This document shows positions 1 through 9,050 of a DNA stretch of 54,562 bases, piece after piece. The position numbers were made by a program, and so were the translations under genes. The notes under the pieces are model-generated. The model searched no databases and was not told the DNA's origin. It saw only the letters and a program-made list of their open reading frames with translations. The DNA is from a virus (Duplodnaviria > Heunggongvirae > Uroviricota > Caudoviricetes), in the IMG/VR virus record IMGVR_UViG_2568526722_000002, positions 1-54,562 of that record; one strand, 5' to 3'. Numbering within the stretch: position 1 is the first letter of the stretch; each line of letters starts with the position of its first letter.

Positions 1-771
1 TCAATAAGTACCCTTCTTATTAGGATTCACACTAAATTTCCGTAAAGCATTCCCCGACTTAAGCACTTTTGAAGCCTGCTCATTAGCTGAGGCTGTGAAG
101 GTGCTCTCACCATTTTTAACGCTAACGCTCTTAGAGCACGTTACACGGGCTTTTAGCGCTTCATCTGATAACTCACTTGCCGAATAGCTAAAAAGCTCTT
201 TACAGGTCAGCATAGGGCTTCCAAGATTCGTTGTAGTGTTCCCTGTATTCTTTTTACTGGTAGCACCACCATCATTTGTGGTAGCCGTTTTGCCAGTGGC
301 TGCTGAAATATCAGTTTGCCCTACGATTGAACGAAACTCTACACCTTGGAAGGTCATCTGAATACGAAGACCATTAGCAATGGTATGCTCTTTACTCGCT
401 TTAAACTGAGTAATGATACTATCAGTGATAGATATTCCATCTTTACAAACAATAGTGATGATTTGCTTCTGGTCTCGCCATTGTTCAACCGTAGAAATAA
501 AGGTTTCTACAAGTTGCCCCTGTCTGGTTAATAGAACTGAACCCGTCGAATCAACCACTACAACACCGCTAATAGAGATGGTCTTAGGTGCTCTCTGAAC
601 ATTATCAGTGATAGTTTGCCCCGATTGCATAGCCTGAGTTGTCACCATCATCGGTGAGTCATAGTCCATCTGTTCAGTAGCTGTTAAGGCAAGAAAAGAT
701 TCTACATTATCTCGAAGATGAAAATAGATACCATCTTTACCTGAGTATCTAATTTGCTTTGTGTCAAACAT
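1..771 (-). CDS. phage tail protein of unknown role, directly downstream of the tape measure gene
   Basis: 256-aa ORF, complete (stop TGA is the reverse complement of positions 1-3); sits immediately 3' of the tape measure gene in a minus-strand operon; no motif recognised. Confidence 0.4.
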   Translation of the reverse strand: MFDTKQIRYSGKDGIYFHLRDNVESFLALTATEQMDYDSPMMVTTQAMQSGQTITDNVQRAPKTISISGVVVVDSTGSVLLTRQGQLVETFISTVEQWRDQKQIITIVCKDGISITDSIITQFKASKEHTIANGLRIQMTFQGVEFRSIVGQTDISAATGKTATTNDGGATSKKNTGNTTTNLGSPMLTCKELFSYSASELSDEALKARVTCSKSVSVKNGESTFTASANEQASKVLKSGNALRKFSVNPNKKGTY

Positions 772-944
772 TGTTGTTATTCCTATTCTGTTAAGCGTGA
801 GCTACGTGAAATCTAATTTTTGATGTTGGTATCTGTTCAGAAGAAATCACGTAGCATTCGACTATTCATAGTTGAATCGTCATACTAGATAAAGATTAAT
901 AGATTGCCATGTGTGGCAATAAATATTAGTAGTTCTAACATTGT

Positions 945-3011
945 TTATTCCTCTGGGTAAGCTGAGCTAATCAAGGTATCTTCCTGCATACGATTAATAT
1001 GTGATGTTGTCCTTTCATCAATAACTTTCCCATCAAGTACCGTCTGAGTTGTGATATTGATTGTCTGAGGCTGAATATTTACTGACGGCTTGATAAGCTT
1101 TAAATCTTGTGTGAATGTTTCCACTCGACCTTTCAGATTATTTAATGCTTCAGGTGAAAACTGTGGAACATCTTTTGATTTGCCCTGAACCATAGCCCAT
1201 AAAACAGTGGCTAAAGAGTTCATGTCACCAGTTAATGCTTGGTCTGTGGGTTCCACCTTTGACCTTACAACTTTATCAATTGGATTATCTGACTTACTCA
1301 TCTGACGTTCATAGAACGGTTTGACAATGGCATTAATCACATCAGTTGCCATACCGATAATCACTACTTTGGTAATTGCATCAGCTACAGATAATTTTCC
1401 TTTACCACCTTCAACACTACCGGAACGTGAATTAATTCTTCCTGCTGCTGTATTTGCTACATTTCCAAGCGTGGAAATAGCCCTAATTAAGTTCCAGATA
1501 CCACCTACAGCACCAATACCAGACCTTACAGCGACAATACCAGCAAGTCCCTTTAATGCACTTAACAGGCCATTTGCGATACCATCAGCTACAGCTTTTT
1601 GAGTGTCATTTAATTCTCTGTAAGCAAGGGTCACTCTGTCAAAGAATCCCTGCACTCGGTAGCTAATCGTGGTTAAATCATCAATACCGTTTGACATGCT
1701 TTTCATCAAGTCGCCAAAATGTTCACCAAGATTTTTAGCTTGACCACCCAGTGAATTAAGTAAATTAGTCAGTGACCTTGTAAAGTCTGTTAAACCTTCC
1801 TGTGAACCATCGAACATTAAGGCCAGATTATTATTCCATGAATTACTTAAGCGGCCTAACTGCGTCTGAGTAGAGTTAATAATCTTTTCCCATCCACCAG
1901 CTTTATCAATCATCCTTCCCATTTCAGCGGATACTTTAGGGAGAACATCTTTAGAAAGAACCTTACCGTCTTTCATGGCCTTGTCTAATTCTTCTGTAGT
2001 CATCCCAAGGCTTCTGGCAAATAACTGGAAAGCACCTGCCATTCTGTCACCTAATTGACCACGTAGCTCTTCAGCCTGAATCTTCCCTTTAGAAGCCATC
2101 TGCTCGAAAGCTTTCAGAATCCCGTTAATTTCATCAGTACTTAAACCCATTAATCTGGATGTGCCAATCACATTAGAAAATAGGGATTCTTTCTGGTCTG
2201 TATTCATATCACCAGCACCAGCGGAAAACTTAGCAAAACTGCTTAATGTTTCAATCTGGTCTACACCTGTATTATTAGCAAGATTCTTAACGAAGTCTGT
2301 AGCTCGTTTAGCGCCTTCATCGCCTAATACAAATTGTGCCGCTCGTTGTGATGCTTCTTTTTTCAGACCAACCTCCATAATCTTCCTATAAGCTTCTAAG
2401 GCTGTCTGAAAACTATAAATGGCTGTACCTGCTTTGATTGCACTTGTAGCTAATACATCTAAACCATTTGAAGCATTTTCACTGTGATTGTTTTTGCTGG
2501 TGGTCTTATTAAACTTAGAAAGTGTTTCACGTAGATTTTGATTTAACTTTGCTAACTCACGATTAAAAGCTTCGTTCCCAAGTGTCTTGGATTTACCGCT
2601 TAAGCTGTAATACTGGCTTCTAAAATACTTCTCAAGTAGAGGATTAAAGTCACGAAGCTTGCTCATATTCACGCTATGCGCTGCTGTGATTGCTCTGTTT
2701 CCGCTAATTCGTGGCTGTCTTGGCTGTCTAAGTGGCTTTAAAGTATCCTCAATTTCAGTTTTAATCTTAAACGCTTTAGTGTTTTTAAGACGCTGCTCAA
2801 TCTTGGAAACAGTCTTATCGACATTTCTTTCCATGACCTTGAGAGAATCATTTAAAGGCGTAGGGTTAACTCTGAATGCCTTATTTAGTCGTTTCTCAAT
2901 TCTTGATGCGATTTGCATCGTTTGTTTCTCGGCTTTTTCCAAGCCTTTTAAAACTTTCTGAGAGTTAAAACTTAACTCAATCAGAAAATCATCAACTTTA
3001 AACTGTGCCAT
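945..3011 (-). CDS. phage tail tape measure protein (lambda gpH-type core)
   Basis: 688 aa, coiled-coil rich; carries the conserved tape-measure core GILKAFEQMASKGKIQAEELRGQLGDRMAGAFQ...TTEELDKAMKDGKVL. Confidence 0.8.
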   Translation of the reverse strand: MAQFKVDDFLIELSFNSQKVLKGLEKAEKQTMQIASRIEKRLNKAFRVNPTPLNDSLKVMERNVDKTVSKIEQRLKNTKAFKIKTEIEDTLKPLRQPRQPRISGNRAITAAHSVNMSKLRDFNPLLEKYFRSQYYSLSGKSKTLGNEAFNRELAKLNQNLRETLSKFNKTTSKNNHSENASNGLDVLATSAIKAGTAIYSFQTALEAYRKIMEVGLKKEASQRAAQFVLGDEGAKRATDFVKNLANNTGVDQIETLSSFAKFSAGAGDMNTDQKESLFSNVIGTSRLMGLSTDEINGILKAFEQMASKGKIQAEELRGQLGDRMAGAFQLFARSLGMTTEELDKAMKDGKVLSKDVLPKVSAEMGRMIDKAGGWEKIINSTQTQLGRLSNSWNNNLALMFDGSQEGLTDFTRSLTNLLNSLGGQAKNLGEHFGDLMKSMSNGIDDLTTISYRVQGFFDRVTLAYRELNDTQKAVADGIANGLLSALKGLAGIVAVRSGIGAVGGIWNLIRAISTLGNVANTAAGRINSRSGSVEGGKGKLSVADAITKVVIIGMATDVINAIVKPFYERQMSKSDNPIDKVVRSKVEPTDQALTGDMNSLATVLWAMVQGKSKDVPQFSPEALNNLKGRVETFTQDLKLIKPSVNIQPQTINITTQTVLDGKVIDERTTSHINRMQEDTLISSAYPEE

Positions 3012-3136
3012 TGTTCATATTTCACCTCATAGACTTCGGATAGAAGACTATCTCATATACAAAAAAGGGAGAAACTACCGATATCACTCGATAATCTCTC
3101 CCGTTGATTTTTACCCAACCAATTCTATTAGAAGCT

Positions 3137-3346
3137 TTAATGGTAAACGTAAGAATACATCCCATCATCACCTAAAATCTGTGCGTCACATGGTAATTTA
3201 TCCAAGCACCATGAAGGAATCTTACGTACCTTTGGTTTGTGTGAGGTGATAACTCGACGTTGATTTCCAGTTCGTAGCTTTGGTTTGGTTTGTAACTTTA
3301 AGTTTTCACAAACAGACCGAATAGTCTCTAAACGTTCTTCAAACAT
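3137..3346 (-). CDS. hypothetical small basic protein
   Basis: 69-aa ORF between the 234-aa ORF and the tape measure gene, same strand. Confidence 0.25.
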   Translation of the reverse strand: MFEERLETIRSVCENLKLQTKPKLRTGNQRRVITSHKPKVRKIPSWCLDKLPCDAQILGDDGMYSYVYH

Positions 3347-3368
3347 TAATCACCTCACATATGCATAA

Positions 3369-4073
3369 TTAAATAACCTTACTAAATTCTCGTGGAACAC
3401 TCAAAAAGTCATTGAAGCTACTAATCTGTGCAAGCTCTTGTTTGTATTCCTTAGCGATTTTTTGATGGTCACGAATCAAATTAGCCAGAGTTGATTTCAC
3501 CAAATTAATCTCGGTTTCTCTTACCTTCATCAGTCGCTTTCTAGCCATTTCTTCAAGCTCAGCTTGTGATTTATCAGAAATAATTAAAGTCAGTTTATGT
3601 GGCGCTCTGACAGCTCTTTCTGTACGAACAACTCTTTGGCCTTCTGGTAAATCTGCAATCACTTTACCAATTTCTGAATGGTCATATCCCCAACCGTCAC
3701 GGTCTAGTCTTGTATAATAATCGTAGGTGTTTGTCTGAAGCTCCATCAAAATAGCCATTTCGTCAACTTCATTTTCAAGTTTGGACTGAAGTTTTTCGTA
3801 AACACGATTCATAGCTTTTTGAGAGTCTCGAAGGTCTTTGAAATATTTGCGTTGCAGCTTCAGTTTCAAATCAAGCTCACATTCCTCATTCATCGAAAAA
3901 TCAATTTCAACTCTTGGAATCTCAAATGGTTCTGGTGGAATATATGGACCTTTATTTACTTCGTGTGATTCCCGCCAAGCTCTATCAAAAGATTCACGCA
4001 AAGTTAATTCGTGAATATCAAGTGCACTTGGTCGGCTTTCAATAATCATTTCATTTTCATCACGGATAGCCAT
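3369..4073 (-). CDS. hypothetical phage protein upstream of tape measure gene (possibly a tail assembly chaperone)
   Basis: 234-aa ORF co-oriented with and just upstream of the tape measure gene; function inferred only from position. Confidence 0.3.
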   Translation of the reverse strand: MAIRDENEMIIESRPSALDIHELTLRESFDRAWRESHEVNKGPYIPPEPFEIPRVEIDFSMNEECELDLKLKLQRKYFKDLRDSQKAMNRVYEKLQSKLENEVDEMAILMELQTNTYDYYTRLDRDGWGYDHSEIGKVIADLPEGQRVVRTERAVRAPHKLTLIISDKSQAELEEMARKRLMKVRETEINLVKSTLANLIRDHQKIAKEYKQELAQISSFNDFLSVPREFSKVI

Positions 4074-4330
4074 TAATACCTTTCCTCTTCTAAGATAATT
4101 TATGTTTCAGTTTTTAAAAAGCACACCTGACAGCCTGCGAACTTAGAAGAGACTTAAAAGGCGTTTGCCAAGTATGCTTTTTAAAAGCTGAAAAAAGCCC
4201 TAAACATAGGTGATTCGGATATTCATGGAATCATCCTCATCTGTGAAGGGCTTTGGAGGTTTGCTTATAACGTTAACGAAGTTTCAGGAAAAACTTTCTT
4301 TAAAAGCTCTGTTTAAAACTCTTAAAGAAA

Positions 4331-4358
4331 ACGCCCTAACTCATGATTAGGGCAAAGC
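4331..4358 (-). terminator. candidate intrinsic terminator (minus strand)
   Basis: Inverted repeat GCCCTAA..TTAGGGC followed on the minus strand by a T-rich run, between two minus-strand genes. Confidence 0.3.
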
Positions 4359-4574
4359 TGTAAGGGTTCAATAATGAATGATTAAGCACTTTTTGAGATG
4401 ACCTCTCAGACTAAACTGAAAGGCCATGACGAAAAGCATTGCACCTTTCCAACTCAGAATATCCATCCATCGGATTATTGAAAATATGATTTTAGGAAAA
4501 ATTGCTCTTCCTATATATACAATTATGTCATGCTTAAGATTATTTGTCAACAGCTTTTTAACAGATTGGTAACA

Positions 4575-4652
4575 TCAATTTTTATTTACCGCGTTGCCCA
4601 CCCAGCAACCAACAAATAAACCTAAAGCTGTCCAAGCAATTATTAAGCCCAT
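4575..4652 (-). CDS. small hydrophobic peptide (25 aa, single predicted TM), translationally coupled
   Basis: Not in the ORF track (<60 aa). Reads MGLIIAWTALGLFVGCWVGNAVNKN; its ATG overlaps the stop of the upstream 107-aa ORF (TAATG); AGGTGG lies 6-11 nt upstream. Confidence 0.3.
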   Translation of the reverse strand: MGLIIAWTALGLFVGCWVGNAVNKN

Positions 4653-4975
4653 TAATGCACCACCTTCGAATCCGTAACCAAAACATTGTCAGCGTACAAA
4701 ATTACTATAGCCGCCTTGAGATATTTTTCAGGGCTAACGCTGTATCGGTTAGTTTCCTCAATAATAAGGCGCTTCATGTTTGAGTCGGTAACGGGAAACA
4801 TAAAACGTGGGTCACCAGTTTCAATTTCCTGAATAAAATCTTCAATTGTTTCTGAGTTATCAGCCATTAGCTTTAACAGCCTGTCAAAGTCAATGCTAAT
4901 ACCTGCATCAGTGAAGCTTTGCACCATCATAGCAGTGTCGGTATCAATAAAAATTTGTAATGGGTAACTGTTCAT
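4652..4975 (-). CDS. hypothetical protein
   Basis: 107-aa ORF in the minus-strand gene string of the AT-rich element. Confidence 0.4.
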   Translation of the reverse strand: MNSYPLQIFIDTDTAMMVQSFTDAGISIDFDRLLKLMADNSETIEDFIQEIETGDPRFMFPVTDSNMKRLIIEETNRYSVSPEKYLKAAIVILYADNVLVTDSKVVH

Positions 4976-4998
4976 TTCTTAAAATCTCCTTTTTCACC

Positions 4999-5118
4999 AG
5001 ACCTCCTCAATCGCTCTGTAACGAGCTAAACAGTCTTTTTCAGGGGTAGCCTGTACAGTGGTATTACCCACCCTAAAATAGGGTAGTTTTTTGCGTTAGA
5101 ATGCGATTGAGAGCGTCT
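4999..5118. repeat. structured repeat element, copy 1 (conserved arms CTCAATCGC / GCGATTGAG around a hairpin plus T-tract)
   Basis: Arms nearly identical to copy 2 at 6654-6750; internal hairpin ACCCTA-AAA-TAGGGT followed by TTTTTTG; lies just 3' of the HNH gene. Confidence 0.6.
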
Positions 5119-5132
5119 GAGAAGCTGTTTTT

Positions 5133-5420
5133 CTAATTTCTCTTAAAGTCTCGGACTTGCATAAGATTTTTTGGTCTGGTATCGGCTCTGTTACCATTTC
5201 GATGGATAATTTGCTTATTGGATTGATAGCCATGATAAAGGAACCAGACAACATATTTCACGTAGAAAGTGTATCGGCCTATATTAAATGTTTTGTTGCC
5301 GTAGTCGTCGGTATTTATCGTGACCGACTCTCCATCAGACCAGCACAGGGAATCACTGGATTCATCATAGATAAGGTGTTCTGTAAAATATCGTCTAACA
5401 TCTTCATGCCAAGGTTTCAT
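5133..5420 (-). CDS. HNH homing-type endonuclease (HNH_3-like)
   Basis: 95 aa; C-terminal pattern YVKYVVWFLYHGY...IIHRNGNRADTRPKNL parallels the HRLAW..HG..IDHxNGN..DNRxENL signature of the second HNH gene at 47704. Confidence 0.6.
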   Translation of the reverse strand: MKPWHEDVRRYFTEHLIYDESSDSLCWSDGESVTINTDDYGNKTFNIGRYTFYVKYVVWFLYHGYQSNKQIIHRNGNRADTRPKNLMQVRDFKRN

Positions 5421-5632
5421 AAAACCTCCTCACCCCAATAACCTAATTCAATCTTGTGACGCTCAAACCATTCCGGTTTAACTGCTGTTTTCAGTGCTTC
5501 ATTTGGGCCAATGGCTTTAATGAAAATATCTTTTGAGTTATGGATGTCACCGAATCCGTTTCCTTCAATCAGGAGGTCGGAGATGTAGCGAATCATTTTA
5601 TCTGTGTGGTATTCAAAGGTAACGCATAGCAT
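5417..5632 (-). CDS. hypothetical protein
   Basis: 71-aa ORF, start overlaps the stop of the downstream HNH gene. Confidence 0.35.
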   Translation of the reverse strand: MLCVTFEYHTDKMIRYISDLLIEGNGFGDIHNSKDIFIKAIGPNEALKTAVKPEWFERHKIELGYWGEEVL

Positions 5633-5913
5633 TAAACCTCCATCGCTAATTTGTGAATTTTGATACTCATTAGACGGGAAATATCAATTTTAAAGTTGTT
5701 AAGTCCCTTCAAAGTATCTAAAGCGTCCTGAGTAATTCGGATGTGTTTACGACCTTTAGAGACTGGATATTTCAGTAAATCCGACTCAGTGACCTCTTTA
5801 GCAATCGCAAGTTGCATAATAGTTTGATGAGGCAGGCTAGTTGTCTGTTTAATTCGGGTAAGCTCGTTAAAAGCTTCCTCTGAAATACGGGTTAATGTGT
5901 GTCTGCTTTTCAT
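5632..5913 (-). CDS. hypothetical small protein, possibly DNA-binding
   Basis: ORF track gives 5632-5994; the internal ATG at 5913 has a GGAGGAA Shine-Dalgarno and sits 1 nt after the stop of the upstream 183-aa ORF. Confidence 0.35.
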   Translation of the reverse strand: MKSRHTLTRISEEAFNELTRIKQTTSLPHQTIMQLAIAKEVTESDLLKYPVSKGRKHIRITQDALDTLKGLNNFKIDISRLMSIKIHKLAMEV

Positions 5914-5914
5914 T

Positions 5915-6466
5915 TTAAAATTCCTCCAAAATATACGGGTCAAACTCAAAGTCTGGTTCACTGGTCGTAAGGCTAATATTGCCCACTTCCACATGATGAT
6001 TGATTGTCTCGATAACTTTATTGCAAATGGTGGCTAAGTTAGCGCAATATTTATCGCTTGGTAGCTCATGGCTTAATCGGGTCGCTTGACGCTGAAGACA
6101 ATTTGTTATTGTGCTTGAGCTAATTTTGTCAATATTTCGTAATAGATAGAAAACTTTCCGGTGATAATTATCCCTTCCAAGACTGCGACAAGTACCGATA
6201 ATTATATCTTCAATTTTTGATGGTAATTGCTCGTAAGAATCAAAGCTCATCAGGAAAGTCTTTAAAGTGTTCTCTTTTTCTTTGCGTGTTGGCATGTGTC
6301 TTACCCGTGGCGTAATGCTACGAATGACCGCTTCAATGTTTCTACGTTCGGATTTGGTAAAGGCTGGGACTTCGTAGCTGGTGGGGGTGTCTGTGTAGCT
6401 GTAACCGTTGTGTCTGTTGCGTCTCTTGGATTCTTCAAGAAACTTTTGAAATTCTCTGTCGTTCAT
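5915..6466 (-). CDS. hypothetical protein
   Basis: 183-aa ORF; no recognised motif. Confidence 0.4.
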   Translation of the reverse strand: MNDREFQKFLEESKRRNRHNGYSYTDTPTSYEVPAFTKSERRNIEAVIRSITPRVRHMPTRKEKENTLKTFLMSFDSYEQLPSKIEDIIIGTCRSLGRDNYHRKVFYLLRNIDKISSSTITNCLQRQATRLSHELPSDKYCANLATICNKVIETINHHVEVGNISLTTSEPDFEFDPYILEEF

Positions 6467-6549
6467 TCATATTCTGACCCTCATAAGATGTTATTATTCT
6501 GTTAACTCATATATACAATACTAGCAGTTTCAAAGACTAATGTCAAGTA

Positions 6550-6582
6550 TTTTTTAACATTTTATTAACATTTGTGGTATAA
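6550..6582 (+). promoter_or_regulatory. candidate sigma70 promoter with extended -10 (TGgTATAAT)
   Basis: TATAAT at 6577-6582 preceded by TG one base upstream; AT-rich upstream region; points rightward into repeat copy 2. Confidence 0.4.
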
Positions 6583-6653
6583 TGGTCCTATGGGGAGAGT
6601 AAAATATAAAGGCGTGGCCATGTATTTGGTCACATGGTTATTGCATTGCACAC

Positions 6654-6750
6654 AGACCTCTTCAATCGCCCTGTAACGAGTTAAACGACCTCTTCAGGTC
6701 AACTCATAAGGTCAGGTACTTTTTGTGTCAGAATGCGATTGAGAGCGTCT
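6654..6750. repeat. structured repeat element, copy 2
   Basis: Same conserved arms as copy 1; different internal hairpin (GACCT-CTTC-AGGTC) followed by TTTTTG. Confidence 0.6.
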
Positions 6751-6764
6751 TACAAGGAAATTTA

Positions 6765-6953
6765 ATGGTAAATCTCCCTCCTGAGCTGGGGTCACCTGAT
6801 GTATGGGCTGGTGGAGGTATTGGACTTATTGCAGGTCTGCTGCTTCGCTATTTCATCGTCAGAGTGTTTATCGTGTTCAGATTGTTTGGTCGTGAATGGT
6901 CGTTTGACCTCAAGGACAGAGGCCGTGAAGACAATCACACAGAACCCCGCTAA
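6765..6953 (+). CDS. candidate small membrane protein (62 aa)
   Basis: Internal start of track ORF 6723-6953; AAGGAAA Shine-Dalgarno before the ATG at 6765; hydrophobic stretch GGGIGLIAGLLLRYFIVRVFIVF; downstream of the promoter and repeat copy 2. Confidence 0.25.
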   Translation: MVNLPPELGSPDVWAGGGIGLIAGLLLRYFIVRVFIVFRLFGREWSFDLKDRGREDNHTEPR

Positions 6954-7071
6954 ACTCCCTCCAAAACCCCCTGTACGAGATGGTATAGGGGTATCTTTAG
7001 CATTTTGTGCTATCCATGAAAAAATAACTTGACAGAACCGGAAAGCTGTATCTATCAAGTATTCACCCTTC

Positions 7072-7226
7072 TAACAGTAATTTCTAAAAGTTCTTATTTT
7101 TCAATAAGTTGTAATTAGCCATATATAGAGAACTGACAAGTCTCTTCACAGACAACTCTGCAACCTTAACAGTAACTTCTAAAAATGCTTATTTTTCAAC
7201 GAGTTGTAATCACCCAATATATAAGG
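7072..7226. repeat. two imperfect ~60-bp direct repeats (period ~95 bp) in a non-coding region
   Basis: TAACAGTAAyTTCTAAAA..CTTATTTTTCAAyrAGTTGTAAT..ATATATA occurs at 7072-7131 and 7167-7226. Confidence 0.6.
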
Positions 7227-8029
7227 CTGTCCAGCACCTTCACAGAGAAACTTCAGAGGTCTTCTTAATCAATCCACTAAGCGGGAGAGAGCGATAACCC
7301 CAGAGAGGGAAGCTCCCTTCTTAATCGGCCTCCTAACCAGTCTTTACAAACCTTGTTCAAGGTAATCACAATAGATTTTTCTTCCCTCGTTCTTCGTGTT
7401 CCTCGGTTTGCCTATTGAGACTTGAAAGACCTCTGTAACTTCCCTCTTAGACAGGGAAGAATAATATTGGTGACACAAGCGAAGCGCCCCTCTAAAAAGA
7501 TTTTTTAGCTATTTTGTTTAAAAACACATCAAACGATACATTTTATTGATTTAGGTCAAAGACAAAAGCATTGACAAAATGGTAAGATTGTTCACATGAC
7601 CTTACTTAACAGACTTTTAAGAGGCTTTGAAACGACCTACTTAACAAGGTCACTACATCTGGTCTTATCGTTCCCTGTCTTCTTGGTAGTTCTGTTAAGT
7701 ATCTTTTCAGGTATCTCTTACAGTCACTGTTAAGATGATACTCTCCCTTCGGGTTATATCGTATCTCTTCCCCCGTTAAACACTCCTTCCTAACAACTTC
7801 ATAGTTATCTGTCAAGTACCTTTGAAGATTCTATCAAGACCTCTAAATCTGACCTGATATAGATGCTGTGAAGGCATGTTCTCTAGGTCTGTGTAGCTTA
7901 CTTAGCGGGAAAAGAGGATATGGTGACCATAGGGGAACCCCTCCTGTTAAAAGTTTCTTGATGTTATCATCACAATATGTATAATCACCAACTGTACAGA
8001 CACCTTAACGGTTTCTCTACACCTCACTA

Positions 8030-8095
8030 TGGCTAGGTAGGGTATGGTTTAGCTTGGTACGGCTAGGTTAGGTCTGGTTTGGTTAGGTATGGGTG
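8030..8095. repeat. G/T-rich iterated short repeats (GGTTAGGT / GGCTAGGT / GGTCTGG units)
   Basis: Run of 7-8-bp GGT-rich units read directly from the sequence; iteron-like. Confidence 0.5.
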
Positions 8096-8127
8096 GATTG
8101 TCGTAGCCACGTTAAAAATCGACTTAT

Positions 8128-8152
8128 AGGGACTCTTTCGGGAGTCCTTTTT
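8128..8152 (+). terminator. candidate intrinsic terminator
   Basis: Hairpin GGGACTC-TTTCG-GGAGTCC followed by TTTTTAG. Confidence 0.35.
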
Positions 8153-8381
8153 AGTTTGTATAAAATCTGTACAGTAACTTTTCAGAGTCTGAAAATTTTT
8201 ATAAAAAATGACTAGCCCTCTTTGAATCTCATCTTCCCCGAATCTTCGAAAATATCTGTCTAGTTGATTCGGTAGAATCTACCTCATGATGTATACCTGC
8301 TAAGTACCCGTCACACCAGCTATGTGACCCCCTTTGCAAAAAAGCCAAATATCAGCTACATCCATGTAACTATTCGGTAAC

Positions 8382-8930
8382 TTATTTAGCAAGTCTGTAA
8401 TAAGTTGCTTTAGAGATTCCTAATTCTTCCTGAATCTGCAACCTCGTTTTACCTTGTGAAATAAGCGTCTGTACAGCCTCTGAAGAAGCTTTTACAGGCC
8501 TCCCCATATGTACCCCTTCAGCTTTAGCACGTTCAATACCAGCCTTTCTACGTTCACTGATAAGGTCTTTTTCAAGGTCAGCTAAACCAGCCATCATAGT
8601 AAGCATTGCTCTACCGATTGGTGTTAATAAGTCGAAACCTTCACGCAAAGAAACAACTCTCACACCTTTAGTCTGTAGTGCCTCCACGTTAGAGAGCACA
8701 TCAACGGTATTACGCCCTAAACGGTCAATAGCTACCACAACTAACGTATCGTCACACCTTACATAGTTCATCATGTCTCTAAAACCATCTCTGCTGGTGG
8801 CCTTTGTAGCTCCTGAGACAGCCTCATCAATAAACCATTTATCGACCTTGTGAACCTTCTCTATCTGTAGTTTCTGGTTGTCTACAGTCTGGTCTTGTGT
8901 TGATACCCTGCAATAACCAATCACCGCCAT
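8382..8930 (-). CDS. small serine recombinase (resolvase/invertase family)
   Basis: 182 aa; N-terminal catalytic block IGYCRVSTQDQ (Ser nucleophile), VVAIDRLGRN, and a C-terminal HTH; typical resolvase size. Confidence 0.85.
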   Translation of the reverse strand: MAVIGYCRVSTQDQTVDNQKLQIEKVHKVDKWFIDEAVSGATKATSRDGFRDMMNYVRCDDTLVVVAIDRLGRNTVDVLSNVEALQTKGVRVVSLREGFDLLTPIGRAMLTMMAGLADLEKDLISERRKAGIERAKAEGVHMGRPVKASSEAVQTLISQGKTRLQIQEELGISKATYYRLAK

Positions 8931-8945
8931 ACATCCCCCTTAGAA

Positions 8946-9050
8946 GTCTCAAAAGTTGGTCTCATAAGTTTAGCTGTCTCACAATCCAAAAACAACCTTT
9001 TGAGACACTTGGAAGGTGCATTCTACCGTTACGTTGAAAGTGTCTCAAAA
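8946..9050. promoter_or_regulatory. res-like array of recombinase half-sites upstream of the serine recombinase gene
   Basis: Five GTCTCA / TGAGAC motifs in both orientations within ~100 bp immediately 5' of the recombinase gene; resembles the TGTCyNNTA half-sites of Tn3-type res sites. Confidence 0.4.

Noticed and set aside
5157-5441. 94-aa plus-strand ORF
   Set aside because: Fully antisense to the HNH endonuclease ORF, which has a recognisable catalytic signature; the antisense frame has no ribosome-binding site or motif.
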